A DNA stretch of 32,000 bases from Thermosulfurimonas dismutans (GTDB taxonomy: Bacteria; Desulfobacterota; Thermodesulfobacteria; Thermodesulfobacteriales; Thermodesulfobacteriaceae): assembly GCF_001652585.1 (NCBI RefSeq), contig NZ_LWLG01000010.1:1-32000 (forward strand), given 5' to 3'. The notes beneath the pieces were generated by a model. The model was given only the letters and a program-made list of their open reading frames with translations, was not told the origin of the DNA and ran no database searches. Position 1 is the stretch's first letter; the number at the start of each line of letters is the position of its first letter. Positions 1 through 8,500 of this stretch are shown here, one piece after another. The translations under genes were made by a program, and so were the position numbers.

Positions 1-20
1 AGGGAGGGTCCAAGGGTCTT

Positions 21-47
21 TAAAGTTTTTCCCACCACTTCCGATAC
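21..47 (+). promoter_or_regulatory. sigma-28 (FliA)-type promoter upstream of flagellin
   Basis: TAAAGTTT (21-28), an 11-nt spacer, then TCCGATAC (40-47), against the consensus TAAAGTTT-N11-GCCGATAA. It lies about 50 nt upstream of the fliC ATG at 98. Confidence 0.6.
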
Positions 48-97
48 GTATAACAGAAAGGCAGATAAAAAGGAAAACAAAGCTAGGAGGTGTAGCC

Positions 98-1780
98 ATG
101 GCCTTAAGAATTAACTTCAACTACGAAAGTGCTTCAACGCACACGGCGTTGAAGGCCAACGAAAGAATGATGAACCAGTCGCTCCTGCGCCTTTCTACGG
201 GATTACGTATCCTTTCAGCGCAGGACGACGCGGCGGGGCTTTTCATCGCCGACCAGCTCTCGGTGGTGGCGGCCGGTCTTTATCAAGGTAACCAGAATAT
301 TCAAACCGGACTTTCGGCTCTCCGGATTGCGGAGAACAGTTTAGGACAGATTTTCACCAAGCTTCAAGCTATGTATACAAGGGTTGAAAGTGCTGCGAAT
401 GATATTAACGATGTAAACGCTAGGGCGGCTCTTCAACGGGAAATTGATAATTTTAGAGATGCCATCGATAAAATCGCTGCAGACACCGAGTATAACGGGA
501 TTCACCTTTTGAACGGAGATTTCCAGGGCAAAAAAATCCACTATGGCGCCAGGAAAGATCAGACGGTTACCGTTAATATATCTAACATGAGGGCTTCCCA
601 GCTAGGAGCTTATCTTGAGACCGGAAACGGAGGGGTTAGTACTAAATTTGAAGCCCAAACCAGTGGAGGAAGTCTAGCTAATTTTACTGCTAATGTTAAT
701 ACTGTAGCCAATAATTTTGTTCTTTCCGGGACTAGTGAATATGTAAGAATTGCTGGGACAACGGTTTATCAGGGAGATGCTACTACTAACTATTTGATTG
801 ACGCCAAAAGTCTAGCCGACGCTATTAATAGCAATGATACTTTAAGCAATCTTGGGATCACAGCTACAGCTTCTAACACTAGTACTGCGGATACTACTTA
901 CAATACAGCCAATGTAGTAAATGCTAGTGCTACTGCAGCGGCCGGTGCTAGTGATGAAACTTTTACTGTTTACCTGAATTTTTATATAGGAGATGGTTCA
1001 ACTTCTTTTCAAGTACAACTCGGGACAATTACGGTTGCAGCTGGTTCTACTACTGTTTCTAAGAATATAGCTGATCTTGATACTTTAGTGAATCGTATTA
1101 ATACCGCTGCTGGGGCTGCTGGAGCTCCGATTGTAGCAACCAATAGCGATGGAAAACTTCAGCTAACCACCAATGATGGAGAAACTATTGGTATTGAAGC
1201 TCAAGTTACGGCCCCTGCCGGCACAAGTGCGGCGCCTGATGTCACCATAGATTTTAGCCAACTTTTACAAGGGGGAAATAATGCTCTCCAAGTGGCAAGT
1301 GCTTTGGCAGCTGGTACTTCGGAGTACGGTGGTCAAGTGAAGGTAGGAACCATTAATATTGGTGGAATTGATAGCTTTCTTTTTGAATATGCTGGTGTCT
1401 CTGGAACTACTAGTGGAAATGTAGGATTTAATTTTACCGATACCAGTGGAACTAATGTGGGATTAACCTCTATTACGGCCATTGATGTTTCCAGTAATAG
1501 TAATGCTGAAACTTACTTGCTCGTTGTGGAGAAAGCTCTTCAAAAAGTGGATAAGGTCCGCTCCCAGATTGGTGCCATCATGAACAACCTGCAGTCCATC
1601 TATGATGCCCAGAAGACAGCCTACGACAACACCAAGGAGGCCGAGAACGTCATCCGGAACGTGGACTATGCCGAAGAGATGAGCCGATTCACCACCTTCC
1701 AGATTCGGATGCAGAGCGGTATCGCGATGCTGGCCCAGGCCAACCAGTTGCCGCAGCTGGTACTCCAGCTTCTCCGATAA
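98..1780 (+). CDS. fliC: flagellin (560 aa) with a large central variable domain
   Basis: The N-terminus (MALRINFNYESA...LSTGLRILSAQDDAAGLFIADQL) and C-terminus (...MSRFTTFQIRMQSGIAMLAQANQLPQLVLQLLR) are canonical flagellin D0/D1 sequence. AGGAGG (85-90) sits 7 nt before the ATG. Confidence 0.95.
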   Translation: MALRINFNYESASTHTALKANERMMNQSLLRLSTGLRILSAQDDAAGLFIADQLSVVAAGLYQGNQNIQTGLSALRIAENSLGQIFTKLQAMYTRVESAANDINDVNARAALQREIDNFRDAIDKIAADTEYNGIHLLNGDFQGKKIHYGARKDQTVTVNISNMRASQLGAYLETGNGGVSTKFEAQTSGGSLANFTANVNTVANNFVLSGTSEYVRIAGTTVYQGDATTNYLIDAKSLADAINSNDTLSNLGITATASNTSTADTTYNTANVVNASATAAAGASDETFTVYLNFYIGDGSTSFQVQLGTITVAAGSTTVSKNIADLDTLVNRINTAAGAAGAPIVATNSDGKLQLTTNDGETIGIEAQVTAPAGTSAAPDVTIDFSQLLQGGNNALQVASALAAGTSEYGGQVKVGTINIGGIDSFLFEYAGVSGTTSGNVGFNFTDTSGTNVGLTSITAIDVSSNSNAETYLLVVEKALQKVDKVRSQIGAIMNNLQSIYDAQKTAYDNTKEAENVIRNVDYAEEMSRFTTFQIRMQSGIAMLAQANQLPQLVLQLLR

Positions 1781-1790
1781 TCTAACTAGC

Positions 1791-1819
1791 CCCGGCCCCA
1801 CCTGGGGCCGGGTTTTTTT
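1791..1819 (+). terminator. rho-independent terminator of fliC
   Basis: A perfect 9-bp GC stem, CCCGGCCCC (1791-1799) pairing with GGGGCCGGG (1804-1812), has a 4-nt loop ACCT and is followed by T7 (1813-1819). It starts 10 nt after the fliC stop. Confidence 0.85.
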
Positions 1820-1842
1820 AATATTGGAGCGGGGGCGTAGAA

Positions 1843-2226
1843 ATGAAAGTGCTAGCAAGTATGAGTCAGGCCGTTTCCCCCGAAATAAGGGCCCCGGCAA
1901 AAGGGAAGGCCATCTCGAATGAGGAAGCTTTTAGTATTTTGAGAACCGGTGTTGCCCCTTTTAAAAAACCCTCCAGACAAAAGTCTCAAAATACGGAAAT
2001 AAACTCTCAAGAGCTGAAAAAACTCATTGAAGAGCTCAAAAAGAAATTCGATCTCTTCAGTAAATATCTCAAGATCGAGATAGACGATGAGTTAGACATT
2101 CCGGTAGTAAAAATTGTGGACAAGGAAACCAACCAGGTCATTCGGCAAATTCCTCCGGAGTATCTGCTCAAGATTATGAAGAACATCGATCAAATGTTAG
2201 GGGTTTTGGTGAACAAAAAAGTGTAA
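1843..2226 (+). CDS. flaG: FlaG-family flagellar protein (127 aa)
   Basis: The C-terminal part (LKIEIDDELDIPVVKIVDKETNQVIRQIPPEYLLKI) matches the FlaG family pattern. Its position between flagellin and fliD is typical. Confidence 0.8.
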   Translation: MKVLASMSQAVSPEIRAPAKGKAISNEEAFSILRTGVAPFKKPSRQKSQNTEINSQELKKLIEELKKKFDLFSKYLKIEIDDELDIPVVKIVDKETNQVIRQIPPEYLLKIMKNIDQMLGVLVNKKV

Positions 2227-2486
2227 ATAGGTTGCAAAAAGGAATAAATTTCGGTTTTTGGAATGTTTTCTTGAAATAAGGGTATATTATAACTAAAAAG
2301 ACCTCTAAAAACTTCCCGTTTTCGCTAGGGAGTTCCCCCGGATCCTTTTTTTAGTATTTTATTATTACGGTTTCTTATAGAGATTTCTCCCCTTTGGAAG
2401 GGGGAGCAGGGGAGTTCCAAGACCCCCACCCGGCCTCCCCTTACAAGGGGAGGAGTTGATCCCTTTCTAAGGTGGGAACTAGCATT

Positions 2487-2513
2487 TAAGTCTCCAAGGT
2501 CTTTAGCCGATAA
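2487..2513 (+). promoter_or_regulatory. sigma-28 (FliA)-type promoter upstream of fliD
   Basis: TAAG (2487-2490), a 15-nt spacer, then GCCGATAA (2506-2513), against the consensus TAAA-N15-GCCGATAA. The -10 element is a perfect match. The fliD ATG lies 34 nt downstream. Confidence 0.6.
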
Positions 2514-2546
2514 GTAGAGTAGAAATTGATAAGGTAGGGGGCCGGA

Positions 2547-3878
2547 ATGGCAGGAGAAATTTATCTTAGTAATTTGACAGGGGCCTTCGATTCTGCGGGC
2601 ATAGTGGAAAGGATCATGCAACTCAAGGCCCGTCCCCTTGAAGTCCTGGCCCAGAAAGAGCAAATCCTTCAGGTCAAAAAGCAATCCATAGACGACCTAA
2701 AATCCACGGTCGATTCGTTGGAGACTTTCTTTACGGATGCCAATATCGAAGAGCTCTTCAAGGCCAAGAGTGGAACTTCCTCGAATACCGACGTGGTTTC
2801 CGTGTCGGTGGATCAGACCGCCCCGGACATCTCCTTCGATGTTACGGTCTCCCAGCTTGCCCAGAAGGAAATCCGCGTTTCAAGTACCGGGGTCTCGGAC
2901 CTTACCACTATCTTGAGCACCGCTACCTTCACCCTGCGGTACAACCTCACCGGCACAAGCTACGAGGAATACACCATCGACTTCGGAGGCGGAACGCTCG
3001 AGGATCTAGTAAACGCCATCAACTCCGCCCAGAGCCGGGTGGAAGCCAGTGTATACTTCGACGGCAGCACGTACAAGTTGCTTCTTTCCGAAGCCGATGA
3101 AGGGGCCTCTACGGTTGAGACCGACACCGTAGGCGGCACCTATGCCATAGAAATCTCTTCCGGGGCTTTGCCCACGGAACTCGGAGCCCTTGACACCAAT
3201 GTCATCCAAGAGGGCAAGAACGCACAGCTCCAGGTGGGGACCGGGAGTCCGGTCTACAGCCCCACCAACACCTTCGAGAACCTCATTTCAGGCGTGACCC
3301 TTACGGCTAAGGCCGCAGGCACAGCCCAGATCTCCATCTCCGAGGACTATTCCCAGGTTTCAGGATTTCTCAATAACTTCGCCCAAAACTACAACCAGAT
3401 TATCGACAAGATCCGGGAATTCACGGACCTCAAGACCGGTATCTTCTTGGGCGAAAATTTTGTAAATTCCTTGGAATCTTCACTCTCCAATCTCCTTGAG
3501 CCCTTAATCGAAAAAGGCCTTATCGAGTTCGACGACACGGGCCATATCTCCATCAACACCGAGAACTTGAACCAACTTCTGGAAACCAACGCGGAGGAAG
3601 TCAAAAACACCCTTAGCCAGCTAAAAACTGGCTACAGCCAGTATCTAGAGATAGAAACGAATTACTTGGGAAGCCTCTCCTCGCAGTACGAAGATCAAAT
3701 CAATAGGATTGAAGAAGAGGCCCAGAAGATTCAAGAACAACTGGCCCGCGAGGAGGCACGGCTCAGGCAAGAGTACGGCAAGCTAGAGGTCTTCATGAAC
3801 GAGGCCCAAAACACCATTCAGAGGCTTCAGGACTACATCGTAACCTTATCACAAATGTGGGGAGGTAATAAAAAATGA
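2547..3878 (+). CDS. fliD: flagellar filament cap protein FliD / HAP2 (443 aa)
   Basis: The N-terminus (GAFDSAGIVERIMQLKARPL) and the C-terminal coiled coil (QYEDQINRIEEEAQKIQEQL...YGKLEVFMNEAQNTIQRLQ) are typical of FliD. An internal IN-type motif is present (GGGTLEDLVNAINSAQSRVEASV). Confidence 0.92.
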   Translation: MAGEIYLSNLTGAFDSAGIVERIMQLKARPLEVLAQKEQILQVKKQSIDDLKSTVDSLETFFTDANIEELFKAKSGTSSNTDVVSVSVDQTAPDISFDVTVSQLAQKEIRVSSTGVSDLTTILSTATFTLRYNLTGTSYEEYTIDFGGGTLEDLVNAINSAQSRVEASVYFDGSTYKLLLSEADEGASTVETDTVGGTYAIEISSGALPTELGALDTNVIQEGKNAQLQVGTGSPVYSPTNTFENLISGVTLTAKAAGTAQISISEDYSQVSGFLNNFAQNYNQIIDKIREFTDLKTGIFLGENFVNSLESSLSNLLEPLIEKGLIEFDDTGHISINTENLNQLLETNAEEVKNTLSQLKTGYSQYLEIETNYLGSLSSQYEDQINRIEEEAQKIQEQLAREEARLRQEYGKLEVFMNEAQNTIQRLQDYIVTLSQMWGGNKK

Positions 3879-4330
3879 CGACTAATCCTTACCTTGAAAA
3901 CATGGTAAAGACGGCAAGCCCCGTAAGGTTGGTGGTATTGCTCTATGATCGGGCCATATCGAGCCTCAAGACGGCCTTGGAATTCATGGAAAAGAAAGAG
4001 GAAGACCCTGAGGAGCTTCAGAAAAAACTCGAAGCCCTTTCCAAGGCCGCGGATATCATCGCCACCTTGGACGGCACCCTTAACTTTGAAAAAGGGGGCG
4101 AGATCGCCCAAAAGCTTCACGAAATCTACGACTCGCTTCTTAATGAGCTGGTCACCCTCAGCGCCAAAGACAATCCCGAGATCGTAAGGAAAATGATCAA
4201 GATCCTTGAGGAACTTCGAGAGGCCTGGCAGGATGTGGAAAAGGAGGTTAAGGTGAACGGAAACGCCGGGCCGCAGGCCGTGAGGAAGACCCCAGATGCC
4301 CAGTCTCAGGGAGTGGTTGCTACGCTGTAA
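3875..4330 (+). CDS. fliS: flagellin-specific export chaperone FliS (151 aa)
   Basis: VKTASPVRLVVLLYDRAISSL...KAADIIATLDGTLNFEKGGEIAQKLHEIYDSL...LREAW matches the FliS family. The start overlaps the fliD stop (ATGA). Confidence 0.92.
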   Translation: MTTNPYLENMVKTASPVRLVVLLYDRAISSLKTALEFMEKKEEDPEELQKKLEALSKAADIIATLDGTLNFEKGGEIAQKLHEIYDSLLNELVTLSAKDNPEIVRKMIKILEELREAWQDVEKEVKVNGNAGPQAVRKTPDAQSQGVVATL

Positions 4331-4580
4331 GGAGGACCTAGCCCAAAAGGATCTGGATCGTCTTCTCGAAGACTTCAGACATTTCCAAGCCCTTCCCTTG
4401 AAGGGTCTTAGCCTTGAGGAGGCTCGGGAGTGTGCGGCTCTTCTGGAGGAGCTTCTCCTAGAGGCCGAAGCCCTAAAGGCTGATTATGAGACGGGGCTTT
4501 CCGGATTATCGGAAATACGCGAACGTCTCCACACTTTTTTTCAACAGTTGCGTTACTTATTATTGTCCCACAACTTGTAG
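4296..4580 (+). CDS. hypothetical 94-aa acidic helical protein; possible FliT/FlgN-like chaperone (positional guess only)
   Basis: The ATG is preceded by AGGAAG at 7-nt spacing. The ORF overlaps the fliS 3' end by 35 nt, lies in the position usually held by fliT, and is followed by a hairpin. I do not recognise any family motif. Confidence 0.45.
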   Translation: MPSLREWLLRCKEDLAQKDLDRLLEDFRHFQALPLKGLSLEEARECAALLEELLLEAEALKADYETGLSGLSEIRERLHTFFQQLRYLLLSHNL

Positions 4581-4593
4581 GATGCGGATTTAT

Positions 4594-4620
4594 TAGGGGC
4601 GGGTATAAAGCCCGCTCCTA
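4594..4620. terminator. hairpin between convergent orf94 and flgL (possible bidirectional terminator)
   Basis: TAGGGGCGGG (4594-4603) pairs with CCCGCTCCTA (4611-4620), giving 10 bp with one G.T, and a 7-nt loop. There is no clear U-tract on either strand, so function is uncertain. Confidence 0.45.
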
Positions 4621-4629
4621 CCAATTCCC

Positions 4630-5571
4630 TTAAATGAAATTCACCAAACTGAGTCCCATGGTCTGCGTGGCAGCCTTTAAGGCGGCTTCGTAAGCGGTGC
4701 GCTTGGCGTTTAAATTGGTCACGGCCTCGAGGTAGTCGGCCTCTTCCACCTCGCCCAGGTTACCGATGAGCACGTCTTTGAGCCCTAGATAAAGATTGTC
4801 CTTGAGTTCCAAGTGATCCATCCGAGCTCCGAGGGCCGAACGTTCCTCTAAAATATGGTTCAGTACTCGATCAAGACGACCGATGTGGGTTTGGATGTCC
4901 TCGATCTCCTTTCTAGGATCGGGAACGTTGTTGGCGGAAAGGGTCTTCTTTAGGCCAATTAGGGTCTGAAACAATTCGGAAGCCATGAGGACCTCTTCTC
5001 CGTTATGGGCAATCAGGATCTTCCTCCCTTGGGTGTAGCCCATATAGAAGTCCTCAGAACCTCCGTTATAGACCACCCGTTCCACCACTTCTCCGTTGGG
5101 GAGAGTCTCCTTAATCAGTTCAAAAGGCCTCTCCCCTTCGGGATAACCTGATGGACGGTTGCCGGCAAAGACATAGCGGTCGCCGTGCTGGGTGTTGGCC
5201 AGGGCTAGGGCTTCCTCAAGCAGGCCTTCGATCTCCGCGGCGATGGCCTGGCGGGTGCTTGCGTTCTGGATATCGTTGGCGCCCTCTAGGGCCAGTTCCT
5301 TGGCTCGCTCGACCACCTTTTTTAAACCGTCAAGGGCCCCTTCCACGGTGCGAAGGAAACTCTTGGCTTCGCGGATACTTTCCTGATAGCGCTCAATCTC
5401 TTTAAGGGCCTTACGGTAGCCAAGGGCGTAAGAAAGCTCCACCGGAGCCTCTGAAGGCCGGGTATACTTTTTGCCCGTAGCGATCTGCGTCTGATATTTG
5501 TAGATGTCCTCCGTAATATGCTCGAGATCGGTAAGAAGACCGCCGTAGATAGTCCTCAAACTAAGACGCAT
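4630..5571 (-). CDS. flgL: flagellar hook-associated protein 3, FlgL (313 aa)
   Basis: The flagellin-like N- and C-termini and its position immediately after flgK support the call. GGGGGA lies upstream of the ATG at 5571. Confidence 0.9.
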   Translation of the reverse strand: MRLSLRTIYGGLLTDLEHITEDIYKYQTQIATGKKYTRPSEAPVELSYALGYRKALKEIERYQESIREAKSFLRTVEGALDGLKKVVERAKELALEGANDIQNASTRQAIAAEIEGLLEEALALANTQHGDRYVFAGNRPSGYPEGERPFELIKETLPNGEVVERVVYNGGSEDFYMGYTQGRKILIAHNGEEVLMASELFQTLIGLKKTLSANNVPDPRKEIEDIQTHIGRLDRVLNHILEERSALGARMDHLELKDNLYLGLKDVLIGNLGEVEEADYLEAVTNLNAKRTAYEAALKAATQTMGLSLVNFI

Positions 5572-5582
5572 GAGTTATCCCC

Positions 5583-8500
5583 CTAACGCTTGGACTCGAT
5601 CAAAGTCATGAGCATCTCGTCCGTAGTAGTCAGAAGTTTGGCCGCCGCCGCAAAGGCCTGCTGATACTTCATGAGGTTGGCCATCTCCTCGTCCAAAGAG
5701 ACCGCGGAGATGGAATCCCGCATAAGCTGGAGCTGTTTGATAAGATCTTCCATAAAGGTCTTGGCCTCGGAAACCCGTTTCCCGGCCACGCCGATCTCAC
5801 CAACCACCGCAGTGTAGTAGTCGTACAGGCTGGCTTCGCCCAAGGCTTCCCGTTTGGAGTCTGAAAGATCCGAAATTCTCAAGGCGTTGCGGTTGTCTCC
5901 AGACTTAATATCGAAGCCCTGAAGGGTATCGGCCAACGCCTGTGTTCGTCCGAAGACCCTTCGCGCCAGATAGGTAGCCAGATTACCTTCCTCTGTGGTT
6001 CCTAAACTGGATTCCAGTCTAAAACGTACCCAATCAGGCCGCCCGTCGTTGTTGCGATCAGAGTCCTTTACACGGATCACGAGCCTGCCGGAATCATCCT
6101 CCTTTACCTCAAAATCCGCCTGACCGTCACCGTCTGAGTCTAGGGAACGGAGCTGAGAGATGAAATCGTTGAGGGTAAAGCTGGCTCCAAAACTAAGGGT
6201 TTCGGTGTGCACGATATTGTTGTCGGCGTCCTGGTAATTGATCACGATGTCCTGGGGGGAAAAGCTGTCGCCCGTGGAGACCGCCTCGTCCGTAAGGAAA
6301 TACCAAGTATTGGTGTCGGAATCAAAACGGTTGGCGTACACGGTTCCGGAAAAGGCCTCCCGGCGAAAGGCATCGGTGACCACAAAGCTGCGGGTGTCGT
6401 AAAGACCGGTAGTCTTTACGAGTAAGCGTCCGTTGGCGTCGATCTCGGCCGAAAGCCCCCAGCGGGCGTTTTCGGTGGCGTTGTATTTGTTGACGATTTG
6501 GATGAGCCCCTGGTCGGTAGTAAGAGTCACCCGGAAAGGATCCACCACTTTATTGGCGGTATCGGTATCAATGGGCTTGCCAGTTTCATCATAGACCCAG
6601 TTCTCAAGGGTACCCATGGTAAAGGTTAGCTCATAAGGTGTTCCGGCATCGAGCTTTATTTTTCCCCAAGAACGGGCCGTATCGTCGCTTTCGATCACAA
6701 AATAGGCTATTTCCGGGGGAGCTCCGCCTTTATCTAGAGCCATGACCACCTGGCCGTGATCTATATAGGCCTTTAGATTGGTGCTTCCATCGATGGCCGT
6801 TATCAGATCCTGAAGATTGGTGGCTCCAGAAAAAGTTTCTGAGCCCACTTCTTCCCCCTGAGAATTGAAATAGCGTATCGTAAGCGTTCCCGAAAAACTT
6901 AAAGAAGCGGGGTCAAGGCTTCCGATATTTCCTACGTACTGCGTAGGCTTTACCAAAGGTTCGAGTCCGGAAAAGATTTGAGAATCGTTTACAGGATCTC
7001 CGGTATGTATATACTGCGGCACCCATACTCCCTCATCCCGAAGGTAGGCCAAAAAAGAACCCGTAGTATTCGGATCCTCCACACCGAGTTCAAAATAGGC
7101 GTACGATTTGGAACTGTTCGGATCGAGGCCCAGAACAAGGCGTCCCTCCACATCTATATAGGCCCGCAAGCCTTCTAGGGCATCCAGTTTATCCAAGATG
7201 TCTGCAAGACTATCCCCAGAAGCCACATCCACCCCGAGCTCCTCAACCAGCTTCCCCTGAGCATCAAAAAACTTGACGTAAAGGGTATGGTCCGGTTCGG
7301 AAAAGATGAGACTATCCGGATTGACTATGGCCTTGCGGCTCCGGTAAAGACCGGTCACAGGGATCTCGCTTCGCCAGGCCTCCCGATCAAGTCGTGCCGC
7401 AGCTACGTATTCCGGATGAACCGAGAGAAGTTCATTCACCTCAATACTGGCCGCATCTATCCCGGTAAAAAAGACGTTAATGCCGGTGGAGGCCAGGATA
7501 CCGGAAGTGTCGTTGGAGAAGGCAAAGGCCCAGCCCTCCTGGGCCTGAAAGACTAACCGCCCATTTCGAACGGTAGCCCTAACCGTTTGATTGGGATCAA
7601 ACCCCTGGGCCAAAATAGCCGCATTAATCTGATCGGCAACATCAGTAAGTAAGGCGTCTGAGGGGAGTTCGAAGTCCACTCTAACCGGAGTAAGGTTGCC
7701 ACTGGGATCTTTAATCCAGATAAAAAGGCTACCATTGCGGTTGAGATCCAAAAAGAAAGGAAGGGTCTTGATGTAATCTGCGGTCTGGTAAGTGCCCTCT
7801 AATTCCCCAGTAAAGAACTTGAGGCCAACCCCTTCGGAGTGGATCCGATTTATGGCCCGAATGAGCTCCTCGGCGAAGGCCGAAAGTTTTCCGGTGAGGT
7901 TTAATTCCTTCACCCGGTAATTGAGACCGGGCTCATCGAAGCGTCCGAAATCGAGGGGTGAACGTGTAAAGGCAAACTCAAGTTCTCCTGACCCCCGATA
8001 GGCATCCTTGATAAAGATCCGACCATCCTTGAGATAGGCGGTAACCGTAAAACCATAGGCCTTTTCGATCTCGTCAAGGAGATCCCTTACGGTCTTGTCA
8101 AGATCCTCGATGCTTTCGATCCTAAAAGAACCGCTTACGGCGTTTCCGAAATGATCCGTCCCGGAAAATTCAAAGGTATCCCCCACCGAGAGACCAAGTT
8201 CTCGAAAAGTAGTATCCTCAAAAAGAGGACTACCATCTTCTTTGATAATAGCCCTGGTAGAAGAGACATATTCGTGATTCCACTCGTCGGATATTTGTTC
8301 CAAAATCCTCAGCCAACCCCCAAATTCTCCGCCTGAGATTTCCTGACTGGTAAGACGGGCCCTTTCTCCTCGGTGTCCCACCCAATAAACTTCGGTCCCG
8401 GAAAGATCAAGCTCCCAGGAGCGGTCTACATCTACCAAGTTGAAACCCCGACCGAGGATAACATTGTAGGCCCCGTCTTTGTTTTCGAAGTAACGGATAG

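Noticed and set aside
1773-1780. TCCGATAA at the very end of fliC as a sigma-28 -10 element for flaG
   Set aside because: There is no TAAA-like -35 at the required 15-nt spacing (CAGC instead). Any transcript would also start just upstream of the fliC terminator hairpin.
1463-1900. 145-aa minus-strand ORF across the fliC 3' end, terminator and flaG start
   Set aside because: It is antisense to conserved flagellin C-terminal coding sequence and runs through a terminator hairpin. It has no support as a gene.
2259-2275. TGGAAT-N-CTTGA as a sigma-54 promoter in the flaG-fliD spacer
   Set aside because: The GG-to-GC spacing is off by one (TG sits where GC is required), and sigma-54 spacing is strict.
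2227-2546. c-di-GMP (GEMM-type) riboswitch upstream of fliD
   Set aside because: I could not find the conserved GEMM-I/II core elements (GNRA tetraloop/receptor context, conserved ACGCAAAGC-like segments). The hairpins also lie upstream of the predicted TSS.
2325-2684. 119-aa minus-strand ORF spanning the flaG-fliD spacer and the fliD start
   Set aside because: It overlaps the fliD N-terminus and the sigma-28 promoter. Its open frame mainly reflects the G/C-rich hairpin repeats. It has no SD and no homology that I recognise.
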